From NCBI GenBank assembly GCA_037447235.1, contig JBBIHC010000005.1, positions 10,455-60,503 of the forward strand: 50,049 nucleotides of DNA, written 5' to 3'. Under the pieces are notes generated by a model that searched no databases, was not told where the DNA came from, and saw only the letters and a list, made by a program, of their open reading frames with translations. How positions within the stretch are numbered: position 1 is the first letter of the stretch; every line of letters begins with the position of its first letter. The position numbers were made by a program, and so were the translations under genes. The DNA comes from Candidatus Micrarchaeota archaeon. GTDB taxonomy: Archaea; Micrarchaeota; Micrarchaeia; Anstonellales; Bilamarchaeaceae. Positions 36,135 through 46,279 of the stretch are shown one piece after another.

Positions 36135-36728
36135 ATGGACGAGAAATTTTTGGTTACCCCTGATGAAAAAGAGGCTTCGAAGGAGGAGCAGAAGGCCCAA
36201 AAGAAGAAAGAGATAAAGTTCTCCAGGCTTTTTGATGAGGACCAGGTTGAGATAAAATTGCTGGATGCCGAGGATGTTGACGATGCGCTGGCAGTCATGA
36301 AGAAGTGCGCATTTGAGGTCACCAGGAACGAGGTCTTCAAGGTGATATCGTACGGGACGAGCTTCGGGTGCTACGACAACAGGATGCTTGTTGCAGTTGG
36401 CCTTTCCTGGCCCGCGTCCTACGACCCGGAAAAAAAGGCATTGACAGCCAGGGGAGAGCAAAACGCGCTCTATCTTGAAGAACCGGCCGTTCTTCTGATG
36501 TACGAAGGCTACGGCCTGCGAAGGGTTCTTGTGAAGGCGAGGGAAGGGCTGGCAAGGGAGCGCGGTTTTAGCCACATCATTGCATACCTGGATGCTGACA
36601 CGCCGAAAAAAAGCATAGAGGAATATATAAAGGAATCCGGCTCGCAGCTGGAAAAGGTTTATCTTGAGCATGGGTTCTCTTTCGTTTCCACGCCCCAGGG
36701 AGTTTTGGCATTCAAGAAAGTAAGGTGA
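36135..36728 (+). CDS. Divergent GNAT-fold protein
   Basis: LYLEEPAVLLMYEGYGLRRVLV resembles motif A (V...Y.G.G+); YLEHGFS motif B. Confidence 0.55.
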   Translation: MDEKFLVTPDEKEASKEEQKAQKKKEIKFSRLFDEDQVEIKLLDAEDVDDALAVMKKCAFEVTRNEVFKVISYGTSFGCYDNRMLVAVGLSWPASYDPEKKALTARGEQNALYLEEPAVLLMYEGYGLRRVLVKAREGLARERGFSHIIAYLDADTPKKSIEEYIKESGSQLEKVYLEHGFSFVSTPQGVLAFKKVR

Positions 36729-36732
36729 ATTT

Positions 36733-38544
36733 TTGGCGAGGAATTTTTTGCTTTTGCTTATTGCGGTTCTTTCCAGCCATTTATTTGCCTGCGCCGGCAA
36801 TATCACCATGCCCCTGGCGGCGCTGACTGATTCGAACACAGGCGGCATCGTCAATGTTTACATAGAGGCTTTTCCATCGGAAGGAAGGGAAGTGCTTGTC
36901 TCCATCCCGCCATATTACGGCACCGATCTTCAGCGCTCCGTTTCTGACGCAGCGGACTATGCAGGCATTGAAAACTGCACCGTTGTCGTGAGATTCGGCA
37001 AGTTCTCGGATTATATGGAAGGGCCGAGCGCCGGCGCCGCGTTTGCTGCCGCACTTTACGCCCTTCGTCACAATGTCTCCTTTGTCCATATGCCTGTAAT
37101 AACAGGGGTGCTTGGGCCGGGCGGCAGTATTACGCCGGTCGGCGGAACATACGAAAAGGCGATGGCAGCAGCGAAGGCAGGAATACCGTTTTTTGTCTGC
37201 CCGGAGCACACTGTGTATGATTATGTCGTGCTCAGGCAGGTTGAGAAAAAAACCGGCATGCGCATAATATATATAAATAATATGAACGAGGTACTGGACT
37301 TCCTGATTTACAACAAGACGCCTTCAAAAGGGCCCGGGCTCTCTTACTCCCCCGAGGCTGAGCATGTTGCCGATTACCCGGCGGACGCCAACTCAGCCGC
37401 CTTCCTTTCAATTGCAAGAAAAATGGCCGGCCGCGCAAACGATATGCGGCTGGAGTTGCGGAAAGAAAATGCGGAGGAGTGGATACACGAGTATTATCTC
37501 GCGCTGCTGGACGACTGCGAAAAACTTTTCGGGAAGAATTATGTTTATACCGCGGCGAACAACGCCTTCCTTGCTTATGTTGACATGAAGACGCTGGCTT
37601 TTGTTTATGGAGTTGCGCCGGATTATCGCGGGGAAAAGGAGTATGTGGAAAGCTGCATTTCTGGGCTTGAAAGGCCGTTGATGACAAAAGAAAACCTTGA
37701 GTGGGTTGTCGCTTTTGACCTGAGGAAGGCGTGGGCGGAGGACAATCTCCGCAGGAGCAACCTTTCGGAAAAGCACCTTGCCGAGGAAGAGTGGTTTTTC
37801 TACCACGATCTTGTTTATGCCGAGGCGTGGTGCCTTGCCGCGAGGGATTTTGCGGCAGCGGCGATAGAAAAAAACCGGGCGGTGAATGCCCCGGCAGAAG
37901 TGGACGAAAGCCTTTTTGCCGATATTGCATCCGATTATCTCAAAAGGGCGAATTCCACGGCCCACAGCAGCGACACCAAAAGACGTTTTGAGATTGCAAA
38001 AAGGCTTTATGACGAGGGCAGGTATGCCGCGGCAATTTTTGATTTCGCGTATGTTGTCTCAATGGATGAGAGCGCCGCCGCCCTGGCAGGGATGGATGAT
38101 GCTGAAATTGAGAATGAAGTGCAAAAAATGCTTGCGGCAAAGCCGGATTTCATGTGGCCGGATATTTACAGGAGCCAGGCGGTTTTCCTTACAGGCATCA
38201 AAAATCCAGATTATCTGACAGCATACCAGCTTTTTGCATTCTCAAACGAGCTTGATGCAGCGCTCGCCGAAATGTTTGATGCGGCAAAGCCCATACCAAA
38301 AGCTGAAACTGAACCCAAAAATGGCCCGGGATATGGCAGCTGCGATATCATCCCTGTTGCGGCCGCACTGCTAGCAACATTTATATTGTTTGCCGTTGTT
38401 CTACTATACATCCTCCAAAAAACAAAAAGGCGATCGCATGAAAGAGAGCATAAGCCGTCTTATCGAGCTTCTGGCAGAGAGAGAAAACGTTTCGCTGAAG
38501 GCAGACTACCTGAAGGGAAAGATGCAGGACGAAAAGAATCCTGA
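36733..38544 (+). CDS. Secreted/membrane-anchored Lon-like (S16) serine protease
   Basis: Signal peptide; EGPSAGAA (Ser), ITG.+..G.I.PVGG..EKA (Lys); C-terminal TM. Confidence 0.88.
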   Translation: MARNFLLLLIAVLSSHLFACAGNITMPLAALTDSNTGGIVNVYIEAFPSEGREVLVSIPPYYGTDLQRSVSDAADYAGIENCTVVVRFGKFSDYMEGPSAGAAFAAALYALRHNVSFVHMPVITGVLGPGGSITPVGGTYEKAMAAAKAGIPFFVCPEHTVYDYVVLRQVEKKTGMRIIYINNMNEVLDFLIYNKTPSKGPGLSYSPEAEHVADYPADANSAAFLSIARKMAGRANDMRLELRKENAEEWIHEYYLALLDDCEKLFGKNYVYTAANNAFLAYVDMKTLAFVYGVAPDYRGEKEYVESCISGLERPLMTKENLEWVVAFDLRKAWAEDNLRRSNLSEKHLAEEEWFFYHDLVYAEAWCLAARDFAAAAIEKNRAVNAPAEVDESLFADIASDYLKRANSTAHSSDTKRRFEIAKRLYDEGRYAAAIFDFAYVVSMDESAAALAGMDDAEIENEVQKMLAAKPDFMWPDIYRSQAVFLTGIKNPDYLTAYQLFAFSNELDAALAEMFDAAKPIPKAETEPKNGPGYGSCDIIPVAAALLATFILFAVVLLYILQKTKRRSHEREHKPSYRASGRERKRFAEGRLPEGKDAGRKES

Positions 38545-39226
38545 TTTTGCGTCGCTTTCAAACAGGCTCAAACTGCTTGATGACGAGATCCTGAGGCTTA
38601 CGAGCGAGATTGACAGCAATAAAATTCCTTTCTACCTGATCGGCTTTGACGAGCTGGTTGCGACCGAAAGCGGGCTCAATGTTCCCCCTGAAGAGAAAGC
38701 CGCGGCGGTAGAAAGCAAAAGCGGCGCGGTTTTCACGGCAATAAAAAATCGGTTGCAGTTGATGAAAAAAAACCTGGAGCTGAAGAACGAGCTGGCAGAC
38801 ACCCTCATTTTTATTCATTCTTACGAAGATGCCGCCTTAAAAGAGAAGGCGCTTCTTTCAATAAAATCAGGAAAGCCGCTTGATATGGAGCTTGATCCGG
38901 CAGACGAAAAGAGCAAAAGGCTGGCGGACCTGCTTTTCAGGCTCGGGCTTTATTCAACTTCAGCGCAGAAGAAATACGTTGTTTTGCGGGACATCATCTG
39001 GCTTGAGGGCGAAGAAGCGAAAAAAATGGAGCAGGTGCTTGCCGAGCTTGCCGATTTGGAGCCTTCGCTTCAATGGAAAAACGCGCAGCGGCAGATAAAA
39101 ACATTCACCGAAGCAGAAGAAAAAGAATTCGCTGAAGTGCAGAAAAAGTATCTTGAGCTGCTGAAAATCAGGGACAAACTTGTGGAAGACTACAAGAAAA
39201 AGGACTCTGCTGTGCAATTTACCTGA
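38438..39226 (+). CDS. Hypothetical coiled-coil protein
   Basis: Long ORF with host-like codon use; start at ATG 38438 overlaps the protease tail. Confidence 0.6.
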   Translation: MKESISRLIELLAERENVSLKADYLKGKMQDEKNPDFASLSNRLKLLDDEILRLTSEIDSNKIPFYLIGFDELVATESGLNVPPEEKAAAVESKSGAVFTAIKNRLQLMKKNLELKNELADTLIFIHSYEDAALKEKALLSIKSGKPLDMELDPADEKSKRLADLLFRLGLYSTSAQKKYVVLRDIIWLEGEEAKKMEQVLAELADLEPSLQWKNAQRQIKTFTEAEEKEFAEVQKKYLELLKIRDKLVEDYKKKDSAVQFT

Positions 39227-39246
39227 TTTTCCATTTCGCCAGATTT

Positions 39247-40782
39247 TTAGCCCGTGAGCGCCTTTGACATGTACGGCCCGTCTCTCTTGTAGCCTATCTT
39301 GCGGTAATATTCTCTTGCTCCAACACCGCTTATTGCCAAAATCTTTTTACAACCGAGTTCTTCGGCTTTCTCTTCAGCCCTTTTCATAAGATTTTTTCCT
39401 ATCCCTGTGTGCTGCAAGGCGCCTGCCGTTCCTATTTTTTCCTCCCTGCCGTAAACGTGCAGTTCCCTTATGAGCGCGGTTTCTTCATCTATTTCTGGCC
39501 GGAATATGCGGCCGTTGGGCATCCGCAGCCGCACGAATCCGGCTATTGCCTCGCTGTTTTCAAATGAGATAAAAAATTCTCTTCCGCCGCCCGCCCTGTA
39601 AGCGCACTCCTTTGTTTTCATATCCGCTATGTCCGCATCTTTCAGCCCGGCTTCCCGCGAGCGTATTTCCTGTGCTTTTATCCCTTTTTTCTCAAGGCAC
39701 ATTTGCACGTATTCGCGCAGGTTGCTTTTCTTCACGCCATCCGCGATCAGGTTTGCAGGAATGTCGCGCTGTATCCTCATCACGCGGACGTATTTTGGTA
39801 TGTATCTGAACATCTCGGCAATCACTTCCGCCGCTTCTTCTGCCGTGTAAGGCTCGTACTCGCCCCTTTTCATCATCTCATAAAGCCCCGTACCTTCAAC
39901 ACAAAGCGTCGGGTATATCTTCAGCATGTCGGGTCTGAACCGCTCTTCGGCAAATATCTTTCGGACCGCAATCATGTCCTTCTTCCTGTCGCTTCCAGGC
40001 AGGCCGGGCATTATGTGGTACAATACCTTGAACGCCGAATCTTTAAGAAGGGCGGTCGCCTCTGTGACATCTTTTACCGTATGGCCCCTGTTTATTTTGC
40101 GGTATATCCCATCATCAGGATGCTGGACGCCAAGTTCAACTCTTGTTGCCCCATACCCAAGCATCTCATCAATTTCTTTTTTTCCGCACCTGTCCGGCCT
40201 TGTCTCTATCGTCAGGCCGACCACCCTGTTCTTAGCCGTTTCGTTTTTCTCCTGCGCTTCGCGCAGCGTTCCTGCTTTTTTGCCGTTTAGCGTTTCGTAT
40301 ATTTCCTTTGCGAAAGAAATCCGGTATGGCAGCGGCATCTCAAGAAATGTGCCGCCCATTATTATTACCTCGCATTTGTCAGTAGGATGCCCAATCGCCC
40401 TGTATTGCCTTATCCTGCTTTTTATCTGCGCCTCGACAGAGAAAGACGAGTTTCTTGCCCTCAGCGCAGCTGGCTCTTCGCCAGTGTAGCTTTTCGGCGC
40501 TTTTCCCGTGTAAGGGCAGTATATGCAGGAGTGCTGGCATGAGCCTTCCGGCCGCACCATGACCGCGACCGAAGTTATCCCGGATAAAGTCCTCACCGGT
40601 TTTTTTCTCAGGTGATGGAGAGCATCTTCAGGCGCTCTTGCCATGCGTATTATGTCGCTGTTTTTCAAAACTGCGCAGCCGTATTTTTTTGCCGCCTCTT
40701 TCTTTATTTTCTCAAGGTCGGCTCTCCCTTTTTTTAAACATTTTACAATATACTGCGCTGCTTTTTCTTCATTTCCGGTCAT
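39247..40782 (-). CDS. elp3: tRNA uridine(34) acetyltransferase Elp3 (radical SAM + KAT)
   Basis: KPVRTLSG, C..SCIYCP, PKSYTGEEPA, MGGTF, TIETRPD, ELGVQ, LKIYP, RIQRDIP, RELHVYG, QH.GIG, ISGVGAREYY. Confidence 0.97.
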   Translation of the reverse strand: MTGNEEKAAQYIVKCLKKGRADLEKIKKEAAKKYGCAVLKNSDIIRMARAPEDALHHLRKKPVRTLSGITSVAVMVRPEGSCQHSCIYCPYTGKAPKSYTGEEPAALRARNSSFSVEAQIKSRIRQYRAIGHPTDKCEVIIMGGTFLEMPLPYRISFAKEIYETLNGKKAGTLREAQEKNETAKNRVVGLTIETRPDRCGKKEIDEMLGYGATRVELGVQHPDDGIYRKINRGHTVKDVTEATALLKDSAFKVLYHIMPGLPGSDRKKDMIAVRKIFAEERFRPDMLKIYPTLCVEGTGLYEMMKRGEYEPYTAEEAAEVIAEMFRYIPKYVRVMRIQRDIPANLIADGVKKSNLREYVQMCLEKKGIKAQEIRSREAGLKDADIADMKTKECAYRAGGGREFFISFENSEAIAGFVRLRMPNGRIFRPEIDEETALIRELHVYGREEKIGTAGALQHTGIGKNLMKRAEEKAEELGCKKILAISGVGAREYYRKIGYKRDGPYMSKALTG

Positions 40783-41135
40783 TTTTTACCTACCGCCCTT
40801 TTGAAAGCTTCAATGCCGAGCAGTGCGCATCTTTTCGGGTGTTTTTCCCCTTCCATCCCAAGTTCGCCGAGGAGTTCGCGCTCTGTTATTTTTTCAGCTT
40901 CGGCAAGCTTTTTCTTTTTTATCATTTCGGTAAAAACCGAGCACGAGGCAATTGCAAGCGAGCAGCCTATGCCCTGGAATCCGGCGTCCTCTATCATTCC
41001 GTTTTCCACAAGCAGTTCCATCGTGACATCATCTCCGCATCTGGCGTTTTGCGCAGTCCCGCCGTGCGTTTTTCTTTCAAGTTTTCTGAAGTTTTTTGGT
41101 TGTTTGGCTATCGCTATTATTCTCTCGTAGTCCAT
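40779..41135 (-). CDS. IscU/SufU-type Fe-S scaffold protein
   Basis: PKNF, NARCGD, FQGIGCS..AS.S, KRCALL. Confidence 0.88.
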   Translation of the reverse strand: MDYERIIAIAKQPKNFRKLERKTHGGTAQNARCGDDVTMELLVENGMIEDAGFQGIGCSLAIASCSVFTEMIKKKKLAEAEKITERELLGELGMEGEKHPKRCALLGIEAFKRAVGKK

Positions 41136-41187
41136 AATGTAAAATTGTTTATTAAGTTTTATAAATAGAACAGCACATATCCAGATT

Positions 41188-42030
41188 ATGCGTTTGGTAT
41201 CGCCAAATTTTTCTGATTTGTTTGAACCAAATATTGAGATGAAAAAATTTCCGGATGGCGACAATTACGTCTGCCTGCCTGCTTTAGAGGGCAACAAGGC
41301 AACCATCTTCCACCGGCTTTATCCTGGTCAGGATTCTGCGCTGGTGCAGGCCTTCCTGATTCTTGACACGCTGAAGAGGAAAAACATAAGCGCCACGCTT
41401 GTTTCTCCCTATCTGCCCTACGCGAGGCAGGATAAGATATTCAAGGGCGGCGAGGCATTAAGCTCGGAAGCGATATGCAGGCTGCTTTCTGCCGCTGGCG
41501 CGGGCCGGCTTGTAACCATTGATTGCCATTTTATGAAGAAGGAAGGGGACTTTTCTTACGGGGGGCTTAAAATAACCAATCTCTCTGCCAAGAATCTCCT
41601 GGTGGGGCACGCAAAGAAGCTTGTTGGTGAGATTGAGGTAATAAGCCCGGATATGGGAGCCAATTATCTGGTGGCTGAATTTGGCGGGAAAAGCATGAAA
41701 AAAACAAGGGGGGAGTATGAAAAAACAGGGGCGGCTTACAGGAAGATAGAAAAGATTGAGATGGATTTTGATGTCAGCGGCAGGAACGTTTTGATATTGG
41801 ATGACATGGTATCAACCGGCGGGACGATGATAAAGGCAGTTGAGAATGTAAGGAAGGGCGGAGCGAAAAAAGTTCTTTGCGCTGCGACCCACGGCTTTTT
41901 CCTCAAAGACTCGCTCGAAAGGCTGAAGGCAGCATGCGATCACATATTTGTTACTGACAGCATTCCTTCCCCGGTTTCTTCAGTATCGATAAGTGGCCTG
42001 CTGGAAAAAACACCGGGCTTATTGGACTAG
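41188..42030 (+). CDS. prs: Ribose-phosphate pyrophosphokinase
   Basis: FPDGD, PYLPYARQDK, SPDMGA, ILDDMVSTGGT, ATHG, TDSI. Confidence 0.95.
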   Translation: MRLVSPNFSDLFEPNIEMKKFPDGDNYVCLPALEGNKATIFHRLYPGQDSALVQAFLILDTLKRKNISATLVSPYLPYARQDKIFKGGEALSSEAICRLLSAAGAGRLVTIDCHFMKKEGDFSYGGLKITNLSAKNLLVGHAKKLVGEIEVISPDMGANYLVAEFGGKSMKKTRGEYEKTGAAYRKIEKIEMDFDVSGRNVLILDDMVSTGGTMIKAVENVRKGGAKKVLCAATHGFFLKDSLERLKAACDHIFVTDSIPSPVSSVSISGLLEKTPGLLD

Positions 42031-45000
42031 AACGCCCCTTCGTCATCCTCGTTATTCTCTGGCGGTTTTGGGTCTTCCTTTTTGCCCTTGTTTTCCTGTT
42101 TCTTATTTTTGTCTTCCGGGGCTTGTTTTTGGGCGTTTGGCTTTTTTATATCCGGTGCCTTTGGTTGACTTTGCGGCGTCTTCGCTTGTCTCTTTTGGCC
42201 TGCCGGTTTTGCGGCATTGTTCTGCGGTGCAGGAGTGGTGGGGCGCGCGGTCGTTTTTATACCAACATTAGTTTGCGTTATGTTGCCCGCAGGCGTCTTG
42301 GGTATCGCAGTTGTCCCGCTGCTCATCGGCGCCCTTCCGCGACCGCCGCCGGCACTCACTTCTTCATTATTGCTCGTCTCTTTAGGCCTGATTATATCAT
42401 TGTTCTTAAGTTGTTCGACAAACCTTTCATAGAGATCGCCTTTCACATATCTGGTTTGCGTACTTCTTCCTTCTGCTTTTTCCTGCTGTGCTATCTTCTC
42501 TAACGGTATCTGCACGTTGGTTATTTCGTCTTCCAGCACCGATATCAATTCGCTCTCCTTTTCTTTATTTATGTAATTGTTTATTTTTACCATTTCCAGT
42601 ATTGCCCTTATCACTTCCGTTTTCCCCTCTTTTTTCATTTTGACCAGATAATTTAGGTTTTTCTCATTCAGTTCAATGTAAGGTATGCCGATTTCTTTGT
42701 TCGTGCTTATCGATGGTTCTATATAACCCGCGTTTTCAGGTATCACTATTACATTATCTTCCGCTGTGGCCGCTGTTTGTTGGCCGCCCTGTTGCGGCAG
42801 AACCAATATCCTGGTCTCTGGGTAAATGCTGTTTCCGTGTGCTTTAAGGAATTCTTTCGCATCCTTTATATACCAATCATCCGCGCCCCTTGTCAGAAGG
42901 TTAAAGAGACTTGTATTTTGGGCTGCCAACTCTGAGAGTTTTTTGGCGTCCTCCACGCCGAGAGAATACTTTTTCTTGTACTCGTCTATTTTCGCCGGGT
43001 AGATATATTCTTTATCCAGGAAAAGAACCTGATTCATCTCTATTTTATCAAGCGGCATTATCGGTCTTTCTGCCGGCAGAATTAACCACGCTCGTTCTTT
43101 CTTCTGTTTGCAGTCCTCTGGTTTCATGCCGTCTTTTTTCTTTTTTATCTCATCCACCAAGTCGTCAGCTTTTTCCTTGTTCAGCCTGTATCCTATTTTT
43201 TTAGTCGTACTGTCCATTTTTCGCTCGCCGCTCACCAACCCGTCCAAATAAACAAGCACTTCGGGCTCGTTCATCAAAAATTCAATGTTTTCTTCCTTTT
43301 GGATGCCGTATCTTTCCTGGATGTCGCTTTTCCTGATTTTTCTTGTGGCATTGTGGTCATCAATCCAAACGACATTCAATATGTTGTCCTCGCCTTTTTT
43401 CGTTTCTGTTCTGACCTTGACATACTTCGGCTGCGCCCAAACACTTATCGCGAAGTCCTCCACCCGCGTATCCCTGAAAGGCCACGAGCCGGCAAAAAGG
43501 CATAATGCAAGCCATCCACCTATCGCTCTTGTTAGGAGCATATTGATTATGACGCCCGTCCTCCTGCTTAAGCCAGTTTTTCTTCCTTTTATTTCTACGC
43601 TATACATCGCGTGCGGATAACGAAGGTGCCAGTTGCGTCTTATCGCCGAAGCCCCAGCCATTATGTTTGCGGCCAAGACAAGAAGCGCACGTGTGATCTT
43701 GAATGCTGTCATCACACCTAACCATTGAAGCCAGTTGTATGCAGTTTTTCTTATCTTTATAGCCCATCTCTTGTACCACTTCTGCTCTTCCGCAGGCAGG
43801 CCATCCTTTAGCTGTCCCAAATCAATAGGCACGTCCCTTATTTTTGTTCTTGCTTTTAACAAATCCAGCCTTGACAAAAACCCTTCATCTTTTTTGCCCA
43901 GTCCATTCCTTATCTCGTCTATGACATTTATTGGCGGGTAAAGTTGTCGCTTCAGGGTCCTTATTTCAATCATAGCAATTTTTATCATCCTCTGAAGAAT
44001 CTCCCTGTTTGTTTGGGATGAAGCTGAGGTATTCAGTTCTTCTATCGCTTTGTCGGTTGCCTTCACCCCCTCTGCCAGTTTTCTAACCCCGTTTTTATCG
44101 CAATACCTGATCCAGAGCACATATGCACGATTCTCAACGATGCTTATTCTTTCGCGGATGCTTTCTTTCAGGCCGCCGCCCCATATGCCAACCGCTTCCT
44201 CAATCTTTTCTTTTGCCTTGTTGATTGTGGCTTCAGTTTGGTTAGACAGCAGTGCCTCCTCCAGGGCATTCTCAATTCTGTTAAGGATCTCGTATGTCCT
44301 GAAATTGTCTTCTAGTTCTTTTGTTGTCATTTTTTTGTTTTGCGTAGCTGAATTAAGCGCCTCTATGGAGAGCAACAACCTTTTTTCAAGTTCCGTCTTT
44401 TTCCCCCCATCGTCCTCAACGAGGATGCCGCCTATGAGCGGCACCAGTTCTTTGGCGATTTTGTCTTTTAGCGCATCGTCTTTGGTCAAGTCTGCATCCT
44501 GCGTTTCTATCATTAATTTTATGTAATGTTTGGCGGCTTCTTTGATACCTTTTTCATCTATTTTCTTGTCCATAATCCTAACTATTTTTTCTTTTTGGAT
44601 AAGGGCCCCTTGGCATTCGGCCTTTGGAATCAAAGTAGGCGTGTTGGTCAAGTACGACAATGCACTGCCTATCGCTTCGGCAGGGTTTTCATTGTTTGTT
44701 TTTATGCCGAAATTCAAAACTTCGTCATATAATCGCTCAAGCCAACCCTCCCTGTTTGCCAGCGTGGCAAGAACAACATCCACATCTCTCTTATCCAATT
44801 CCCGGATGCCTTCCCTTCCTTTATTCAGTTTCTTTACGAGCTCTTCCCTGTACTTTTCCATGTCTTTTACGACATCCTCGTCCTGGTAATCGCCACCCAG
44901 TATTTTTTGGCCAATCAACTTCTTGAGCAGGTATTGTTTTTGCGGCCCGCACAACTGGAGTTCAAAAGGAGTATACACTTCCATATTTTTTACTGCATCC

Positions 45001-45296
45001 ATGAATTCGTCGCTGAAAACAATGTCCGCAAGCCCCCTGCTTCCTCTTTCAATGTCATTTAAAAAGCATTTGGTGAATTTGATGCCGTATTCTTCATCGC
45101 TCTGCGACCCATTGGTTTCTTTTTGCTGGGCCAGTTCCTTGATTTCGGTCGCGCCTTGCGTTGAGCCGTTGGTTTCCTGTGCTTGCGCCTCTTTTTCTTT
45201 TCTGAATCGCCTAACAACGACACCACGGGTCCAATCATACGCGCGCTTTAACAGACCCTTTTTTACATTTTTATCCTTCTCTTCCGTCCTATTCAT
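42027..45296 (-). CDS. Large hypothetical membrane protein (1089 aa) with low-complexity C-terminal tail
   Basis: Uninterrupted ORF; two central hydrophobic segments; P/Q/K/T-rich tail; GGGGG upstream. Confidence 0.7.
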   Translation of the reverse strand: MNRTEEKDKNVKKGLLKRAYDWTRGVVVRRFRKEKEAQAQETNGSTQGATEIKELAQQKETNGSQSDEEYGIKFTKCFLNDIERGSRGLADIVFSDEFMDAVKNMEVYTPFELQLCGPQKQYLLKKLIGQKILGGDYQDEDVVKDMEKYREELVKKLNKGREGIRELDKRDVDVVLATLANREGWLERLYDEVLNFGIKTNNENPAEAIGSALSYLTNTPTLIPKAECQGALIQKEKIVRIMDKKIDEKGIKEAAKHYIKLMIETQDADLTKDDALKDKIAKELVPLIGGILVEDDGGKKTELEKRLLLSIEALNSATQNKKMTTKELEDNFRTYEILNRIENALEEALLSNQTEATINKAKEKIEEAVGIWGGGLKESIRERISIVENRAYVLWIRYCDKNGVRKLAEGVKATDKAIEELNTSASSQTNREILQRMIKIAMIEIRTLKRQLYPPINVIDEIRNGLGKKDEGFLSRLDLLKARTKIRDVPIDLGQLKDGLPAEEQKWYKRWAIKIRKTAYNWLQWLGVMTAFKITRALLVLAANIMAGASAIRRNWHLRYPHAMYSVEIKGRKTGLSRRTGVIINMLLTRAIGGWLALCLFAGSWPFRDTRVEDFAISVWAQPKYVKVRTETKKGEDNILNVVWIDDHNATRKIRKSDIQERYGIQKEENIEFLMNEPEVLVYLDGLVSGERKMDSTTKKIGYRLNKEKADDLVDEIKKKKDGMKPEDCKQKKERAWLILPAERPIMPLDKIEMNQVLFLDKEYIYPAKIDEYKKKYSLGVEDAKKLSELAAQNTSLFNLLTRGADDWYIKDAKEFLKAHGNSIYPETRILVLPQQGGQQTAATAEDNVIVIPENAGYIEPSISTNKEIGIPYIELNEKNLNYLVKMKKEGKTEVIRAILEMVKINNYINKEKESELISVLEDEITNVQIPLEKIAQQEKAEGRSTQTRYVKGDLYERFVEQLKNNDIIRPKETSNNEEVSAGGGRGRAPMSSGTTAIPKTPAGNITQTNVGIKTTARPTTPAPQNNAAKPAGQKRQAKTPQSQPKAPDIKKPNAQKQAPEDKNKKQENKGKKEDPKPPENNEDDEGAF

Positions 45297-45387
45297 TAAA
45301 ACCCCCCATAGCAGTCTATTATCTGTCTGGATTTTTGTTATATAATATAGTAAAAAGAGTTTTTAAATGTTGTGTTTTGTGTAAATT

Positions 45388-46254
45388 TTAAGGTACTTCT
45401 ATGGAAAGGCCGTCATAAGCGAATATCGTGTTGGGCATTATCTTTCTTATTTCGCCCTCCCATTCCTTTACATCCGCATATCTTGGGCTGAAGTGCATGA
45501 GGGCAAGCGCCTTCACCCCAGCTTTTTTTGCCATCTTCGCGGCGTCCTCCATTGTCGTATGGAACCTTTCTTTCGCTTCTTTTGCCCTATCGTTTGCGAA
45601 GGTTGCCTCGTGAATCAACAGGTCCGCATCCTTTGCCGCTTCAACCAGCGACGGCGTTGGCAGGGTGTCTCCGCTGTATACTATCTTTCTCCCTTTTTTC
45701 TTCCAGGTCACATCCTCAAGCATTATTTTTTTATTATTGATTTTCACATACCCTTTCTGCTGGATTTCCCTGAACATTATTCCGCGCAGCCCGGCCGCTT
45801 TTGCCTTTTCTGCGCGGAACTTTACCCTGTCTTTTTCCTGAAAGACCAACCCGAAAGAACCTTTGCAGTGCCTTACCGGAAATGCGGATATCGCGTATTC
45901 CGGTTTGTCATAAAGCACACCGCTTTTCATTCTGCCAAACCTGACGAACTTGTATTTTTTTTCTATCCAGGCAAAATCCTCAAAACCGAAAACCCCGAGG
46001 GTTCTCTGCGTGTGGGACAGGGTAAGCGTCTCCAGCAGCCCGAAAAGACCGAGGTAGTGGTCAAGATGCGGGTGGCTTATGAAAACCGCATCCACGCTTC
46101 CGTAGCCGATGCCGAATTTCATCATCTGCCTCTGGGTCCCTTCGCCAGCATCCCACAAGAAAAGATCGCCCTCGTATTGAAGCGCCAGGGCAGGCATTCC
46201 TCTTTCTACGGTTGGCGTGCTTCCGCTTGTCCCCAAAAAAGTGGCCTTGAGCAT
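45388..46254 (-). CDS. rnz: Ribonuclease Z
   Basis: FLGTSG..PT..RG, DAGEGTQRQ, SHPHLDHYLG, YSGDT, IHEATF, HTT, HFSPRY. Confidence 0.96.
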   Translation of the reverse strand: MLKATFLGTSGSTPTVERGMPALALQYEGDLFLWDAGEGTQRQMMKFGIGYGSVDAVFISHPHLDHYLGLFGLLETLTLSHTQRTLGVFGFEDFAWIEKKYKFVRFGRMKSGVLYDKPEYAISAFPVRHCKGSFGLVFQEKDRVKFRAEKAKAAGLRGIMFREIQQKGYVKINNKKIMLEDVTWKKKGRKIVYSGDTLPTPSLVEAAKDADLLIHEATFANDRAKEAKERFHTTMEDAAKMAKKAGVKALALMHFSPRYADVKEWEGEIRKIMPNTIFAYDGLSIEVP

Positions 46255-46279
46255 GCTTTAACTTTTGCCGGGCATATTT

